DNA of 64,000 nt from Candidatus Eiseniibacteriota bacterium (GTDB lineage Bacteria; Eisenbacteria; RBG-16-71-46; CAVPCR01). The DNA is taken from assembly GCA_963702435.1 (NCBI GenBank), contig CAVPCR010000005.1, forward strand, positions 160,001 to 224,000. Reading direction: 5' to 3'. Of this stretch, positions 24,667 through 36,115 are shown piece after piece. Position 1 is the stretch's first letter, and the number at the start of each line of letters is the position of its first letter. A program made the translations under genes and the position numbers. Below the pieces are notes generated by a model. The model saw only the letters and a program-made list of their open reading frames with translations. It did no database searches and had not been told where the DNA came from.

Positions 24667-26256
24667 CACATCGACCTCGATCGCACACAGAGCGAGCCCG
24701 TTTACCGACAGATCGCCCTCCATCTGCGGGCGATGATCGAGTCGGGGGCCCTTCCGGCCGGCACCCGCCTGCCGCCGTCGCGCGACCTCGCGCGCACGCT
24801 CGGCGTGAACCGTGCCACGGTGACCGCGGCCTACGACGCCCTCGGCACCCTCGGCGCGGTCGAGGCCACGGTCGGGCGCGGCACCTTCGTGCGATCGCAG
24901 GCGGCGCCCATGGCTGGGGCGACGCTCGCCGCCTCGCCCGCGATCGCCGGCGCCCGCCTCAGCGCTCGAGGGAGCGACGCACCCGATACCGCCGCGGCTC
25001 CCGCCGCCTCGAGCCCCGCCACCTTCTCGCGCGCGATCGATGAGCTGCTCCGTTATCCCGCGCGCGAGGCCGTGGCGAGCGATCACCCCCACGCGGTCGA
25101 CTTCGCAGCGCTCTACCCGGACGAGAGCCTCTTCCCGGTCACCACCTTCCGGCGCCTCATGGCCGAGGTCCTCGCCCAGCGCGGGCGCGAGCTCCTCCAG
25201 TACTCCGCTCCGGAGGGCGATCCCGATCTTCGCGCCTACATCGCCGGCGAGCTCAGTCGGGCCGGCGTCCAGGTCGCGCCCGACGACATCCTCATCGTGA
25301 ACGGGGCCCAGCAGGGGCTCGATCTCCTCCTCCGCACGTTCGTCGATCCGGGCGACCCGGTCGTCGTCGAGTCGCCGACCTACTGGAGCGTGCTCCCCGC
25401 GCTCGGCTTCTACCGGGCCGAGGTGATCGAGGTGCCGATGACGCCGCACGGCATGGACACCGACGCCCTCGCCGCCGTCCTCGCCACGCGCCGGCCGAAG
25501 CTCATCTACACGATGCCCAACTTCCAGAATCCGACCGGCATCACGATGAACCTCGAAACGCGCCGGCGGCTCACCGATCTCGCGCGCCGCCATGCGGTGC
25601 CCGTCATCGAGGACGACTACGAGAAGGATCTCCGCCTTCGCGGCGACGGCCTGCCGAGCCTGAAGGCGATCGCGCCCGATGCGCTCATCATGCATCTCGG
25701 CACCTTCTCGAAGGGGCTCTTTCCCGGCGTGCGCCTCGGCTGGATCGCCGCTCCTCCCGCGGTCCGCGAGCGGCTCGTCCTCGCCAAGCGCTACGCCGAT
25801 CTGCACACGAGCGCGCTCGCGCAGGCGGTGATCGCCGCCTTCTGCCGCGGCGGGCACTATGCGCGACACATCGCCAAGCTCCATCGCGTCTACCGCGATC
25901 GCCGCGCGGCGCTTCTCGCCGCGCTCGAGCGCCACTTCCCGGCGGAGGCGAGCTGGACGCGTCCCGACGGCGGCTACGCGCTGTGGGTCACACTGCCGCA
26001 CGAGATTCACGTCCGGGATCTCCTGGCCGAGGCCCGCGCCGAGGGCGTGGTCTTCACGCCGGGCCACTACTTCTTCAATAGCGACCGGGGTGACAACTGC
26101 CTCCGGCTCTCGATCGCGCGCGCCGATTGCGATGCGATCGAGCGCGGCGGCCAGATCCTCGGCCGGATCATCAAGCGACGGCTTCGCGCCGGCGCCGGCG
26201 CCGGCCCCGACGACCGGGTCCGGCGGGCGGCCGCCCAGGCGCTGCCGCACTTGTAG
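24664..26256 (+). CDS. pdxR: MocR/GabR-family regulator (GntR wHTH plus PLP aminotransferase domain), probable PdxR
   Basis: PVYRQIA...GTRLPPSRDLARTLGVNRATV; PNFQNPTG, IEDDY, GTFSKGLFPGVRLGW; directly upstream of pdxST. Confidence 0.88.
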   Translation: MHIDLDRTQSEPVYRQIALHLRAMIESGALPAGTRLPPSRDLARTLGVNRATVTAAYDALGTLGAVEATVGRGTFVRSQAAPMAGATLAASPAIAGARLSARGSDAPDTAAAPAASSPATFSRAIDELLRYPAREAVASDHPHAVDFAALYPDESLFPVTTFRRLMAEVLAQRGRELLQYSAPEGDPDLRAYIAGELSRAGVQVAPDDILIVNGAQQGLDLLLRTFVDPGDPVVVESPTYWSVLPALGFYRAEVIEVPMTPHGMDTDALAAVLATRRPKLIYTMPNFQNPTGITMNLETRRRLTDLARRHAVPVIEDDYEKDLRLRGDGLPSLKAIAPDALIMHLGTFSKGLFPGVRLGWIAAPPAVRERLVLAKRYADLHTSALAQAVIAAFCRGGHYARHIAKLHRVYRDRRAALLAALERHFPAEASWTRPDGGYALWVTLPHEIHVRDLLAEARAEGVVFTPGHYFFNSDRGDNCLRLSIARADCDAIERGGQILGRIIKRRLRAGAGAGPDDRVRRAAAQALPHL

Positions 26257-26303
26257 CGCTCCGTCATCCGTAGCCCGTCATCCTTAGCAAGGAGGTGAAC
26301 GTC

Positions 26304-27183
<880 letters not shown>

Positions 27184-27188
<5 letters not shown>

Positions 27189-27338
27189 GACCGGCCCGCA
27201 GTCCCGGTAGGACCGGCCCGCAGTCCCGGCAGGACCGGCCCGCAGTCCTGGCAGGACCGGCCCGCAGTCCTGGCAGGACCGGCCGGCAGTCCTGGCAGGA
27301 CCGGCCGGCAGTCCCTGGTAGGACCGGCCCGCAGTCCC
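27184..27338 (+). repeat. 22-bp tandem repeat x7 (GGYAGGACCGGCCSGCAGTCCY) between pdxS and pdxT
   Basis: Seven contiguous units without spacers; the first contains the pdxS TAG; each unit has GGAC...GTCC inverted arms. Confidence 0.95.
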
Positions 27339-27371
27339 GGTCACGCGAACGCCGGTCCGGAGAGACGCGTC

Positions 27372-28076
27372 ATGGCTCCACTCATCGGTCTGCTCGCCAT
27401 GCAGGGCGACTACGGCGCGCACCGTGCCATGCTCGCGCGGCTGGGCGCGCGCACGCGTTCGGTGCGCGCGGCCGCCGACCTCGAGGACCTGGCCGGGCTC
27501 GTCATCCCCGGCGGCGAATCGACGACCATGCTGCGCCTTCTCGATCGCAACGGGCTCCGCGCGGGGCTGGCCGCCTTCACCGCCGCGCGTCCGACCTTCG
27601 GCACCTGCGCCGGGCTCATCCTCCTCGCCCGCGAAGTGACGAACCCGGCCCAGGACAGCCTCGCCGTCCTGGACGTGGCGGTCGAGCGGAACGCCTACGG
27701 CCGGCAGATCGACAGCTTCGTCGGCCAGATCCGCGCCGCGGCGCTCGGCGGCGTGGTCGAGGGGGTGTTCATCCGGGCGCCGCGCATCACGCGGCTCGGC
27801 GGCGGCGTGGAAGTCCTCGGCCGGCTGGACCCGGCCGTCCGGCCCTCGTCCTCGACCGGCGACGGCGGCTGGACGGGCGACGGCGGCGCGACCGGCGAGG
27901 GCGGCGCGGCCGCACCGGAGGGCGAGGCCGTCCTCGTCCGCGAAGGACATCTCCTCGCCGCCACGTTCCATCCCGAGCTGACCGCGGATCCGCGCATCCA
28001 CCGCTTCTTCCTGGACGAGATCGTCGGCGCCGGAAGCACCGCCCGCCCGGCGCGACCCGGCGGCAGTCCGTCTTGA
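27372..28076 (+). CDS. pdxT: PLP synthase glutaminase subunit, with a Gly-rich insertion
   Basis: LAMQGD, IPGGESTT, FGTCAGLILL, RNAYGRQIDSF, FIRAP, TFHPELT; an in-frame degenerate 18-bp x3 repeat at 27855-27908. Confidence 0.96.
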   Translation: MAPLIGLLAMQGDYGAHRAMLARLGARTRSVRAAADLEDLAGLVIPGGESTTMLRLLDRNGLRAGLAAFTAARPTFGTCAGLILLAREVTNPAQDSLAVLDVAVERNAYGRQIDSFVGQIRAAALGGVVEGVFIRAPRITRLGGGVEVLGRLDPAVRPSSSTGDGGWTGDGGATGEGGAAAPEGEAVLVREGHLLAATFHPELTADPRIHRFFLDEIVGAGSTARPARPGGSPS

Positions 28077-28170
28077 CGCACGCGAGCGGCGTGCTAGTGT
28101 CTTTCGTTCCCGGCGCGCCTCCAGAGGAGGCGCCCTGCCATCCCTATCCCATGATGGAGGTTTTTTCGCG

Positions 28171-28590
28171 ATGAAGTTTCTGCACGGCACGTGCGCCCTC
28201 GCCCTCGTTCTCGCTCTCCCCTTGATCGGCTGCGGCAACAAGGCCGCCGAGCAGCAGGCGACGACCGAAGGCACTCACTCCCAGCCGGCCGCCACCGAGA
28301 CGGCGGCCCCGGCCACCGAGACGGCCCCCGCCGTTGAAGCCACCGGCACTCCGGTCACCCTCACCGGGCTCGTCGGCTGCGGCCACTGCAATTTCCAGAA
28401 GACCGAGCACTGCTCGGCGGCGATCCAGACCGCCGGCGGCGAGGTCTACGTGATCGACGGCGTCACCACCGACTCGGAGATCTGGAAGCTGCGCGAGGAG
28501 AACGCCAAGAACTGCGAGGTCGTCGGTCCCGTTGCCAAGGGCGAGGACGGGCTCAACCACATCAAGATGACATCCTACAAGGTCCTCTAG
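28171..28590 (+). CDS. Lipoprotein with a CxxC motif (DUF6370-like small OB-fold protein)
   Basis: Lipobox LIGC, Thr/Ala linker, TLTGLVGCGHC...HC; GGAGG RBS. Confidence 0.75.
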   Translation: MKFLHGTCALALVLALPLIGCGNKAAEQQATTEGTHSQPAATETAAPATETAPAVEATGTPVTLTGLVGCGHCNFQKTEHCSAAIQTAGGEVYVIDGVTTDSEIWKLREENAKNCEVVGPVAKGEDGLNHIKMTSYKVL

Positions 28591-28643
28591 GCGCCGCCCG
28601 GGCGCGCCTCGGATGCGCCCTCGCGAGCGCCGGCAGCCAATCC

Positions 28644-28683
28644 GCGCCGTCCGCCACGACCGGCGGGCGGCGCTTCTCGTTTC
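28644..28683 (+). terminator. Probable intrinsic terminator
   Basis: GCGCCGTCCGCC-loop-GGCGGGCGGCGC followed by TTCTCGTTTC. Confidence 0.6.
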
Positions 28684-28755
28684 CGGCGGCCGGATGCGCT
28701 ACCATCTGAGGCCGGCTGTAGCCGGGTGCGCGGGGGACAAGAGAGGCGATAGCGG

Positions 28756-29001
28756 ATGACCCTCGAATTCCAGATCCCGAGCTTCCTGATCGGGCTCGTC
28801 GTCGGGCTCGCGCTGATGCTGCTGCTCGGCCAGTCCTATCATCTCTTCTTCGGCCGCAAGCGCACCCGCGAGCTGGCGCGCGAGGTGGACCGGCTGGAGA
28901 AGGTCATCGCGCAGAAGGACCGCTACATCCGCAAGTCCCTCGACGCATTGAAGGAAGAAGGAATCGATCTCCCCGGAGCCGAGACGAGGAAGCAGACATG
29001 A
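28756..29001 (+). CDS. Small single-TM hypothetical protein with a coiled-coil tail
   Basis: GAGAGG RBS; hydrophobic N-terminus; genome-like codon use; ATGA overlap with the next gene. Confidence 0.75.
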   Translation: MTLEFQIPSFLIGLVVGLALMLLLGQSYHLFFGRKRTRELAREVDRLEKVIAQKDRYIRKSLDALKEEGIDLPGAETRKQT

Positions 29002-29300
29002 ACGAACGACTGGTACGCACGGCCAAGCAAGCCGCGATCGGCGGCATCGCCGGTTACATCGCGGAGCGCGGCATCGAGCATCTCACCGGCATCGATTTCG
29101 TGAACGGCGTGCTCGAGATCGCGGGCGCCTCGCTCGGCGCCGCCAACGCCAACCGCGACCTCGTGAGCATGGCCTACGAGGGCGCGCGTCTCGTCACCGG
29201 CAAGGAGCCGACCCGCCTCTCGAACGAGGAATGGGAGGCCGTGCGCGCGCGGTACCCGAAGGCCGTAGGCTACCTCGAACGCGCGCTGGCCGTGAGCTGA
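28998..29300 (+). CDS. Hypothetical protein, 100 aa
   Basis: Overlaps the upstream stop (ATGA); normal composition; Gly/Ala-rich helices. Confidence 0.75.
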   Translation: MNERLVRTAKQAAIGGIAGYIAERGIEHLTGIDFVNGVLEIAGASLGAANANRDLVSMAYEGARLVTGKEPTRLSNEEWEAVRARYPKAVGYLERALAVS

Positions 29301-29347
29301 GTGGCACGCTCCCACGGCACCGCGCGCGCGGACCATCCCCACTCGCC

Positions 29348-30019
29348 ATGGCCACCCTCACCACCCTCATCGCCGCCGCCCTGCTCCGGCTCGGACTTCA
29401 GATCTCGAAGGAGCGCGGCTGGTATCCGAGCTCCTACTACGTGAAGAGCGCGCTCGATGCGCTGCGTGCCGACCAGATGGAGCGGGCCATCGCCGAGCTC
29501 GGGAAGGCCTGGCGGGAGGAGCCGAGCGAGGAGGTGCAGGTGGCGCGCGAGGTGATCCTCATGCGTCTTGATGCGGAGGATGACCGGCTCGCCGGGCGCG
29601 AGTCGGCAGCACAGAAGCTCCGCGATGCGGCAAGCGGCGAGATCACGGTGCTCGAGATCCGGCTCCGGCGGCTCGCCTTCGCCTACAACCCGCGCCTCGC
29701 CTGGATCGCGGCCGGCGCGGCAGCCGCGGTGATCGCCGTGGCCATCCTCGCCGCCGCTCGCTTCGCTCTCGCCCCGGCGGCCGCGGCAACCGGGGTCGCG
29801 TTTTTCGCGGTCGCCGCCGGCGCCCTGCTCAGGGTCGACCGGCGGCGCCAGCAGGCGGAGTTCGCGGCGCATCGCGCCGCACTGGGCGAAGGGGTGGCGG
29901 CGGAAATCGAGATCCTCCGGGCCGAGATCGCGGAGCGGGAGTCCGAGCTCACCGCCCTCGCGATCGAGCGCCGGAGGATCGCCGAGCACGTGCGCGCGCT
30001 GCCCGGCGCGCCGGTCTAG
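29348..30019 (+). CDS. Hypothetical membrane protein (TM hairpin flanked by coiled coils)
   Basis: Likely start MATLTTLIAAALL; two hydrophobic segments between charged helical regions. Confidence 0.7.
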   Translation: MATLTTLIAAALLRLGLQISKERGWYPSSYYVKSALDALRADQMERAIAELGKAWREEPSEEVQVAREVILMRLDAEDDRLAGRESAAQKLRDAASGEITVLEIRLRRLAFAYNPRLAWIAAGAAAAVIAVAILAAARFALAPAAAATGVAFFAVAAGALLRVDRRRQQAEFAAHRAALGEGVAAEIEILRAEIAERESELTALAIERRRIAEHVRALPGAPV

Positions 30020-30648
30020 AAGCGGTAGATAGCGCCGGCCAGCATCTCGAACTGGTGCGAGTAGTCGGCATCGCCGTACGTGTAGCAACCCCAGTACGGG
30101 TCGCACCAGTAACCGTCGGAATCGGTCTTGATGTAGGTCGGTGTCCAGCGAACGCCGAAGCGGGCACCCAGCTTCCCGCCGGGGAAGACCTTGACGCCCC
30201 CGCCCCAGGTGGTCGAGAACCTGGTCTCGTTGTCCACGTCGACACCCTCGATGTCGCCCGTCACGTAGTGCGTGGCGCCCAGGCCCACGAGGAAGTACGG
30301 GATGACCTGGGGGTTCACGCCGATGTTGTAGCAGTAGTAGGCATGGTAGTTGTTGACATCCAGATCGACGAGATCGGTGTCCCCGCCGGTGTAGCCGCCG
30401 CCGATGAGGGTGCTCTGCTGCTGGGACATCATGAAGCCGATCTCGGAGAACCGGTTGACGAAGAACCCAAAGTTGAAGCCGTAGGAAAGGCCGCTCTCCG
30501 GATCGACCTCGTCGTAGACGATCCCGTCGATCTCGACGCCTTCGCTGAACGTATAGCCGATGTGTGCGCCGATCTCGGCCTTGGGCGGCTGCGCCGCCGC
30601 CGCCGAGGCCACGAGCAGAAGTAACGCAGCCAGAACGATCTTGCCCAT
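30016..30648 (-). CDS. Outer membrane beta-barrel protein (porin/OmpA-like transmembrane domain)
   Basis: AGGAGGAGG RBS, signal peptide, alternating beta strands, PYFLVGLGAT, C-terminal YRF. Confidence 0.88.
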   Translation of the reverse strand: MGKIVLAALLLLVASAAAAQPPKAEIGAHIGYTFSEGVEIDGIVYDEVDPESGLSYGFNFGFFVNRFSEIGFMMSQQQSTLIGGGYTGGDTDLVDLDVNNYHAYYCYNIGVNPQVIPYFLVGLGATHYVTGDIEGVDVDNETRFSTTWGGGVKVFPGGKLGARFGVRWTPTYIKTDSDGYWCDPYWGCYTYGDADYSHQFEMLAGAIYRF

Positions 30649-30821
30649 CTCTACCCCTCCTCCTTGAAGTCTGAGGTGAGGAACGAGCTCCTGTAGCCCG
30701 GTTCTCACTGTCGGCGGGGAGGATACCACAGGTTGCATGCCACCCCTCCCCCGCGGTCGCGGAGGATAGCATGGCCGCTCACCGCTTGCCACGGGTGCGG
30801 CCAGCCGCTAGCGTCCCGGCC

Positions 30822-32252
30822 ATGACCCTGCCCCCGCACAAGACCAGGATCGTGGCCACTCTCGGCCCTGCGTCCGAGTCACCGGCCGTCATGGAAGCCA
30901 TGATCCAGGCCGGCATGAACGTGGCCCGGCTCAACTTCTCCCACGGCGACTTCGCCACCCACGGCCGCCTCATCCGAACCCTGCGCGCCGCCGCCGGCGC
31001 TGCGGGCCGGGACGTGGCCATCCTCGCCGACCTCCCCGGACCGAAGATGCGGATCGGCCGGCTCGCGAGCGAGCCGCTCGATCTCACGCCGGGGGCTGCA
31101 TTCACGCTCACGACGGAGGCGGTGACCGGCGACGCGACCCGCGCCGCGGTCAGCTTCGCGCGGCTGCCCGCCGTCGTCCGGCCGGGCGACCGGCTCTTCC
31201 TGAACGACGGTTTGATCCAGCTCGAGGTGACCGGGGTCGCTCCACCCGAGGTGCACTGCCGCGTGGTGGCCGGCGGCGAGCTCCGTTCGCGGAAAGGGCT
31301 CAACATCCCCGGCATCGACCTCGGGGTCTCTGCCTTCACCGAGCGCGACCGCGAATGCCTGCGCTTCGCCATCGAAAACGGAGTGGACCTCGTCAGCCAG
31401 TCGTTCGTCGAGTCGGCGGCCGACATCGCGGCGGTGCGCGCGGCAGCGGCCGACTGCGGTCGGGTGCCCTTCCTCATCGCCAAGATCGAGCGCTCGCGGG
31501 CCCTCGAGCGCGTGGACGAGATCCTCGCCGCCGCGGACGGCATGATGATCGCGCGCGGCGACCTCGGGGTCGAGGTGCCGATCGAACGCATGGCCGTGAT
31601 CCAGAAGGATCTCATGAGACGCGCGATGCGCGCCGGCAAGCCGGTGATCACGGCGACCCAGATGCTCGAGTCGATGACCGCGAACCCGCGGCCCACGCGC
31701 GCCGAGGCGACCGACGTGGCGAACGCGGTCCTCGACGGCACCGACTGCGTGATGCTGTCCGGGGAATCGGCGACCGGGAAGTACCCGGTCGAGGCGGTCG
31801 CGACCCTCGCCCGGATCGCGGCCGCCACCGAGCCCGAGCGCAACCGGTTCGAGTTCTGGGAGCAGCTGAAGACGCTCCGCCCCGAGCTCGATCTCGCGAT
31901 GTCGGACCTGGTCTCCCTGAGCGTCGAGGCGATGCTCACGGGGACGGTCGCCGCCCTTGTCCTCGTCCCGACGCGGAGCGGCGCCACACCGCGCTCGATC
32001 GCGCGCTTCCGCTTGCCGGTATGGATCGCGGCGCCGAGCGAAAACGAGGCCACGCGCCGCGCGCTCCTCCTCTCCTACGGCGCACACCCACTGGCGGTGC
32101 CCGACCCGACCCCCGACTGGAGCGAGTTCGCGCGCCGCTTCGCGCGCGAGCAGGGCCTCGCGGGTCGGGTCGCGCTCCTCGTCGTCGGCCCGTCGCGGGC
32201 CAATCCCGGCATCAATCATCGGGTCGAGCTGATCGCGCTCGAGTCCGGCTAG
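30822..32252 (+). CDS. pyk: Pyruvate kinase
   Basis: KTRIVATLGPAS, ARLNFSHG, IAKIE, MIARGDLGVE, ATQMLESM, VMLSGES. Confidence 0.97.
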   Translation: MTLPPHKTRIVATLGPASESPAVMEAMIQAGMNVARLNFSHGDFATHGRLIRTLRAAAGAAGRDVAILADLPGPKMRIGRLASEPLDLTPGAAFTLTTEAVTGDATRAAVSFARLPAVVRPGDRLFLNDGLIQLEVTGVAPPEVHCRVVAGGELRSRKGLNIPGIDLGVSAFTERDRECLRFAIENGVDLVSQSFVESAADIAAVRAAAADCGRVPFLIAKIERSRALERVDEILAAADGMMIARGDLGVEVPIERMAVIQKDLMRRAMRAGKPVITATQMLESMTANPRPTRAEATDVANAVLDGTDCVMLSGESATGKYPVEAVATLARIAAATEPERNRFEFWEQLKTLRPELDLAMSDLVSLSVEAMLTGTVAALVLVPTRSGATPRSIARFRLPVWIAAPSENEATRRALLLSYGAHPLAVPDPTPDWSEFARRFAREQGLAGRVALLVVGPSRANPGINHRVELIALESG

Positions 32253-32263
32253 CGCCGGGCTCT

Positions 32264-34036
32264 TCAGGCGCGCGCGATCGCGCGGGCCACGATCTCCTGC
32301 GCCGCGCTCTGGATCGCGCGCAGATGATCCGCGCCCCGGAAGCTCTCGGCGTAGATCTTGTAAGTATCCTCGGTGCCCGAGGGGCGGGCCGCGAACCAGC
32401 CGCTCGCGGCCATCACCTTGAGGCCCCCGATCGGCTCGCCGTTCCCGGGCGCGGTGGTGAGCATGGCGATGATCGGCTCGCCGGCGAGCTCCGTCGCCGC
32501 GATCTGATCGGGCGCGAGCCGCGCGAGGATCGCTTTCTCGGCCGCCGTCGCCGGCGCGTCGATCCGCGCGTAGACCGGCTCGCCGAGCTCTGCCGCGAGC
32601 GCGCGGTAGAGCTCGCCCGGATCGCGTCCGGTCCGCGCGGTCATCTCGGCCGCGAGAAGGCCCATCACCATCCCGTCCTTGTCGGTCGTCCACACCGTGC
32701 CGTCCCGCCGGAGGAAGGAGGCGCCCGCGCTCTCCTCCCCGGCGAACCCGAGGGTCCCGGCGGCGAGCCCCGGCACGAACCACTTGAAGCCGACCGGCAC
32801 CTCGACCAGCGCGCGCCCGAGCTGCGCTGCGGCCCGGTCGATGAGCACGCTCGAGACCACCGTCTTCCCCACCCCCGCACCCGCCGGGAAGCCGGGACGA
32901 TGGCGGAAGAGATAGCGGACCGCGACCGCCAGGAAGTGATTGGGGTTCAGGAGCCCCGAGCTCTGGGTCACGATGCCGTGCCGGTCGTGGTCGGTGTCGT
33001 TGGCGAAGGCGACTGCGAAGCAGTCCCGGAGCGCGACGAGCGGCGCCATGGCGTACGGCGACGAGCAGTCCATGCGGATCTTCCCGTCCCAGTCGAGCGC
33101 CATGAAGCGGAAGGTCGGATCGACGCCCGGGTTCACGACCTCGATCGCGATCCTGTACCGCTCGGCGATCGGGCCCCAATAGGCGACCCCGGCGCCGCCG
33201 AGCGGATCCACGCCGATCCGGATGCCGGCGCCCCGGATCGCGTCCATGTCGATCGCCGCCCCGAGATCGCCGGCGTAGCCGCCGATGTAATCGTGCGGCG
33301 TCGCGGCCTTCAGCGCTCGTTCGAACGGCGTGCGCCGGACACCGGCGAGGCCGGCGGCGAGGAGCGCGTTCGCCTCCTTCTCGATCCACGCGGTGACGGG
33401 CGTCTCGGCCGGACCGCCATGGGGCGGGTTGTACTTGATCCCGCCGTCGGCGGGGGGGTTGTGCGACGGCGTGATCACGATGCCGTCGGCGAGCCCCTGC
33501 GTGCGCCCGCGATTGTGGGTGAGGATCGCGTGCGAGATGACCGGCGTCGGCGTGTAGCCCCGATCGCGATCCACGTGCACGGACACGTCGTTCGCGACGA
33601 GCACCTCGAGCGCGGTCGCGAAGGCGGGCTCGGCGAGCGCGTGCGTGTCCATGCCGAGGAAAAGAGGCCCCGTGATGCCCTGCGCGCGGCGGTACCGGCA
33701 CACGGCCTCGGCCACCGCCAGGATGTGCGCCTCGTTGAAGGAGTTCGTGAGCGATGAGCCGCGATGCCCCGAAGTGCCGAAGGCCACGCGCTCGGCGGGC
33801 CGCGCCGGATCGGGGCGACCCGTGTAGTACGCGGTCACCAGGCGCGGCACGTTGACGAGCGCGGAGGCCGGCGCCGGCTGCCCGGCGAGCGGATGGAGGC
33901 CGGGCCCGGCGGACGCCGCTCCGTCCGTCGTGCGGGCTCTCCTGGTGCGGGCTCTCCTGGTGCGGTCTTCCTTCATACGGTCTTCCTTCGTGCGGTCTTC
34001 CTTCGTGCGGTCTTCCTTCATGCGGTCTTCCTTCAT
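32264..34036 (-). CDS. pgm: Phosphoglucomutase, with a repeat-derived N-terminal extension
   Basis: [47 protein letters not shown] 34036 overlaps the glgX stop. Confidence 0.96.
   Translation of the reverse strand: MKEDRMKEDRTKEDRTKEDRMKEDRTRRARTRRARTTDGAASAGPGLHPLAGQPAPASALVNVPRLVTAYYTGRPDPARPAERVAFGTSGHRGSSLTNSFNEAHILAVAEAVCRYRRAQGITGPLFLGMDTHALAEPAFATALEVLVANDVSVHVDRDRGYTPTPVISHAILTHNRGRTQGLADGIVITPSHNPPADGGIKYNPPHGGPAETPVTAWIEKEANALLAAGLAGVRRTPFERALKAATPHDYIGGYAGDLGAAIDMDAIRGAGIRIGVDPLGGAGVAYWGPIAERYRIAIEVVNPGVDPTFRFMALDWDGKIRMDCSSPYAMAPLVALRDCFAVAFANDTDHDRHGIVTQSSGLLNPNHFLAVAVRYLFRHRPGFPAGAGVGKTVVSSVLIDRAAAQLGRALVEVPVGFKWFVPGLAAGTLGFAGEESAGASFLRRDGTVWTTDKDGMVMGLLAAEMTARTGRDPGELYRALAAELGEPVYARIDAPATAAEKAILARLAPDQIAATELAGEPIIAMLTTAPGNGEPIGGLKVMAASGWFAARPSGTEDTYKIYAESFRGADHLRAIQSAAQEIVARAIARA
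33930..34036 (-). repeat. 15-bp tandem repeat, about 7 units (AYGAAGGAAGACCGY x5, then ACCAGGAGAGCCCGC x2), at the pgm start
   Basis: Encodes [35 protein letters not shown]. Confidence 0.92.
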
Positions 34037-36111
34037 GACGCCTCCGCGACGAGGATCACGAGCCCGCGTCCGACGACCGGCGCGCGCCGCGGGGCGGGGA
34101 GCGGGCGGCGCGCCCCCGGCTCGGAGTAGTCGCCGGGGGCCGCCGCCGCGGTGTCGACCGCGATCCGCCAGGTCGTCGTCGCGGGCGGGGCCGGGACCGC
34201 GAACACGACCGCCTCGGTCCCCGCGTTCGCCAGCAGGCAGAGATCGGATCCGCCGTCCCGGGATGCGCGGACATGCGCGCCGAGCGCGCGTTCCCGATCC
34301 CAGGTCGGAGCGCCGCCCGCCGGATCGAACCACGCCAGCTCCTCCGGCGTGTAGAACGACTCGCGGGCGAGGACGGGGTGGCCGGCCCGGAAGGCGATGA
34401 GCCCGCGCACGAAGCGCACGAGATCGCGATTCGCGGCGCACAGATCCCAGTCGAACCAGGAGATCTCGTTGTCCTGGCAGTAGGCGTTGTTGTTCCCGCG
34501 CTGCGTACGCCGGAACTCGTCACCGCCGAGGAGCATGGGCACACCCCGCGAAAAGAAGAGGGTGGCCAGCATGTTCCTGATCTGCCGGCGGCGGACCGCC
34601 TCGATCGCCGGATCGGCGGTCGGCCCTTCCTGGCCGTAGTTGGCACCCAGGTCGTGGTCGCTGCCGTCCCGCCCATTCTCGCTGTTGGCCCGGTTGTGCT
34701 TCCGCTCGTAGCTCACCAGATCATTGAGCGTGAAGCCGTCGTGGGAGGTGACGAAGTTGATCGAGTTGATCGTGCGCTCGCCGGTGTGCTGGTACAGGTC
34801 GGCGCTCCCGGCGAGCCGCGTAGCGAAGGCGCCGCACATGCCGGGGTCGCCGCGCCAGAAGCGCCGCATGTCGTCGCGATAGTGTCCGTTCCACTCCGAC
34901 CAGCGCGTGCCCGGGAAGCTCCCCACCTGATAGGCGCCGCCGGCATCCCAGGCCTCGGCGATGAGCTTCAGGTCCTGGAGCACCGCCGACTCGGCGATCG
35001 CCTCGAGGAGCGGCGGATTCGGGTGGAGCCGCCCGTCCTGGTCCCGGCCGAGCACCGAGGCCAGGTCGAAGCGGAAACCGTCCACGTGCATCTCGAGCGC
35101 CCAGTATCTGAGGCAGTCCATGATGAAGGCACGGACGACCGGATGGTTGCAGTTGACCGTGTTCCCGCAGCCCGAGAAGTTCTGGTAGCGGCGCCGGTCG
35201 CCGTCCGCGAGCAGGTAGAAGATGCGGTTCATGAGCCCGCGGAAGTGGAGCGTGGGGCCGCGCTCGTCGCCCTCCGCCGTGTGATTGAAGACGACATCGA
35301 GGATCACCTCGATGCCGGCCTTGTGCAGCTCGCGCACCATGGTCTTGAACTCGGCGACCTGGGCGCCGGGACCCGAATCGGCGGCGTAGCCGGCGGCGGG
35401 CGCGAAGAAGCCGACCGAGCTGTAGCCCCAGTAGTTCCGGAGCCGCTGTCCGCTCTCCGGATCGGTGAGCGTGAGCTCCCGCGGGTTGAACTCGGCGACC
35501 GGCATGAGCTCGACGCTCTTCACCCCGAGCTCTTTGAGATAGGGGATCTTCGCAACGAGGCCACGGAAGGTGCCGGGTTGCGCGACCGCGGACGACGGAT
35601 GCATGGTGAAACCGCGCACGTGCATCTCGTAGATCACGGTCCGCGACCACGGGTGGCGGAGCGGACGATCGCCCTGCCAGTCGAAGTGCGGATCGATGAC
35701 CAGGCTCCGCGCGCGCCAGCGCGCGTCGGCGGCGTCGTGCCCGTCGTTCCACCAGGCGGGTGCGAGCGCCTGCGCGTACGGATCGAGGAGGACCTGGCGC
35801 CGGTCGAAACGATGGCCGTCCGCGGGGTCGTCCGGACCGTCGACCCGGTAGGCGTAGGCCTGCCCCGCGGCGACTCCGGCCACCCACACGTGCCACATGT
35901 CCCCGGTCCGGTTCCGGACCGGATCGAGCTCGATCGTGACCGCCGGCTCGGCGGCAGCGGGATCGGCGTAGAGGAGGAGCCAGACGCGGGTCGCATGCCG
36001 GCTCGCGAGCGCGAAATTGGCGCCGCCATCCACGAGATGCGCGCCCGGCGGCAACGGGAATCCGGTGTCGGTGCGCGGCGCGGCGCCGTTGGTTGCAGAG
36101 TCGCCGCTCAT
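34033..36111 (-). CDS. glgX: Glycogen debranching enzyme (GH13 isoamylase type)
   Basis: [60 protein letters not shown]. Confidence 0.96.
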   Translation of the reverse strand: MSGDSATNGAAPRTDTGFPLPPGAHLVDGGANFALASRHATRVWLLLYADPAAAEPAVTIELDPVRNRTGDMWHVWVAGVAAGQAYAYRVDGPDDPADGHRFDRRQVLLDPYAQALAPAWWNDGHDAADARWRARSLVIDPHFDWQGDRPLRHPWSRTVIYEMHVRGFTMHPSSAVAQPGTFRGLVAKIPYLKELGVKSVELMPVAEFNPRELTLTDPESGQRLRNYWGYSSVGFFAPAAGYAADSGPGAQVAEFKTMVRELHKAGIEVILDVVFNHTAEGDERGPTLHFRGLMNRIFYLLADGDRRRYQNFSGCGNTVNCNHPVVRAFIMDCLRYWALEMHVDGFRFDLASVLGRDQDGRLHPNPPLLEAIAESAVLQDLKLIAEAWDAGGAYQVGSFPGTRWSEWNGHYRDDMRRFWRGDPGMCGAFATRLAGSADLYQHTGERTINSINFVTSHDGFTLNDLVSYERKHNRANSENGRDGSDHDLGANYGQEGPTADPAIEAVRRRQIRNMLATLFFSRGVPMLLGGDEFRRTQRGNNNAYCQDNEISWFDWDLCAANRDLVRFVRGLIAFRAGHPVLARESFYTPEELAWFDPAGGAPTWDRERALGAHVRASRDGGSDLCLLANAGTEAVVFAVPAPPATTTWRIAVDTAAAAPGDYSEPGARRPLPAPRRAPVVGRGLVILVAEAS

Positions 36112-36115
36112 CGCT

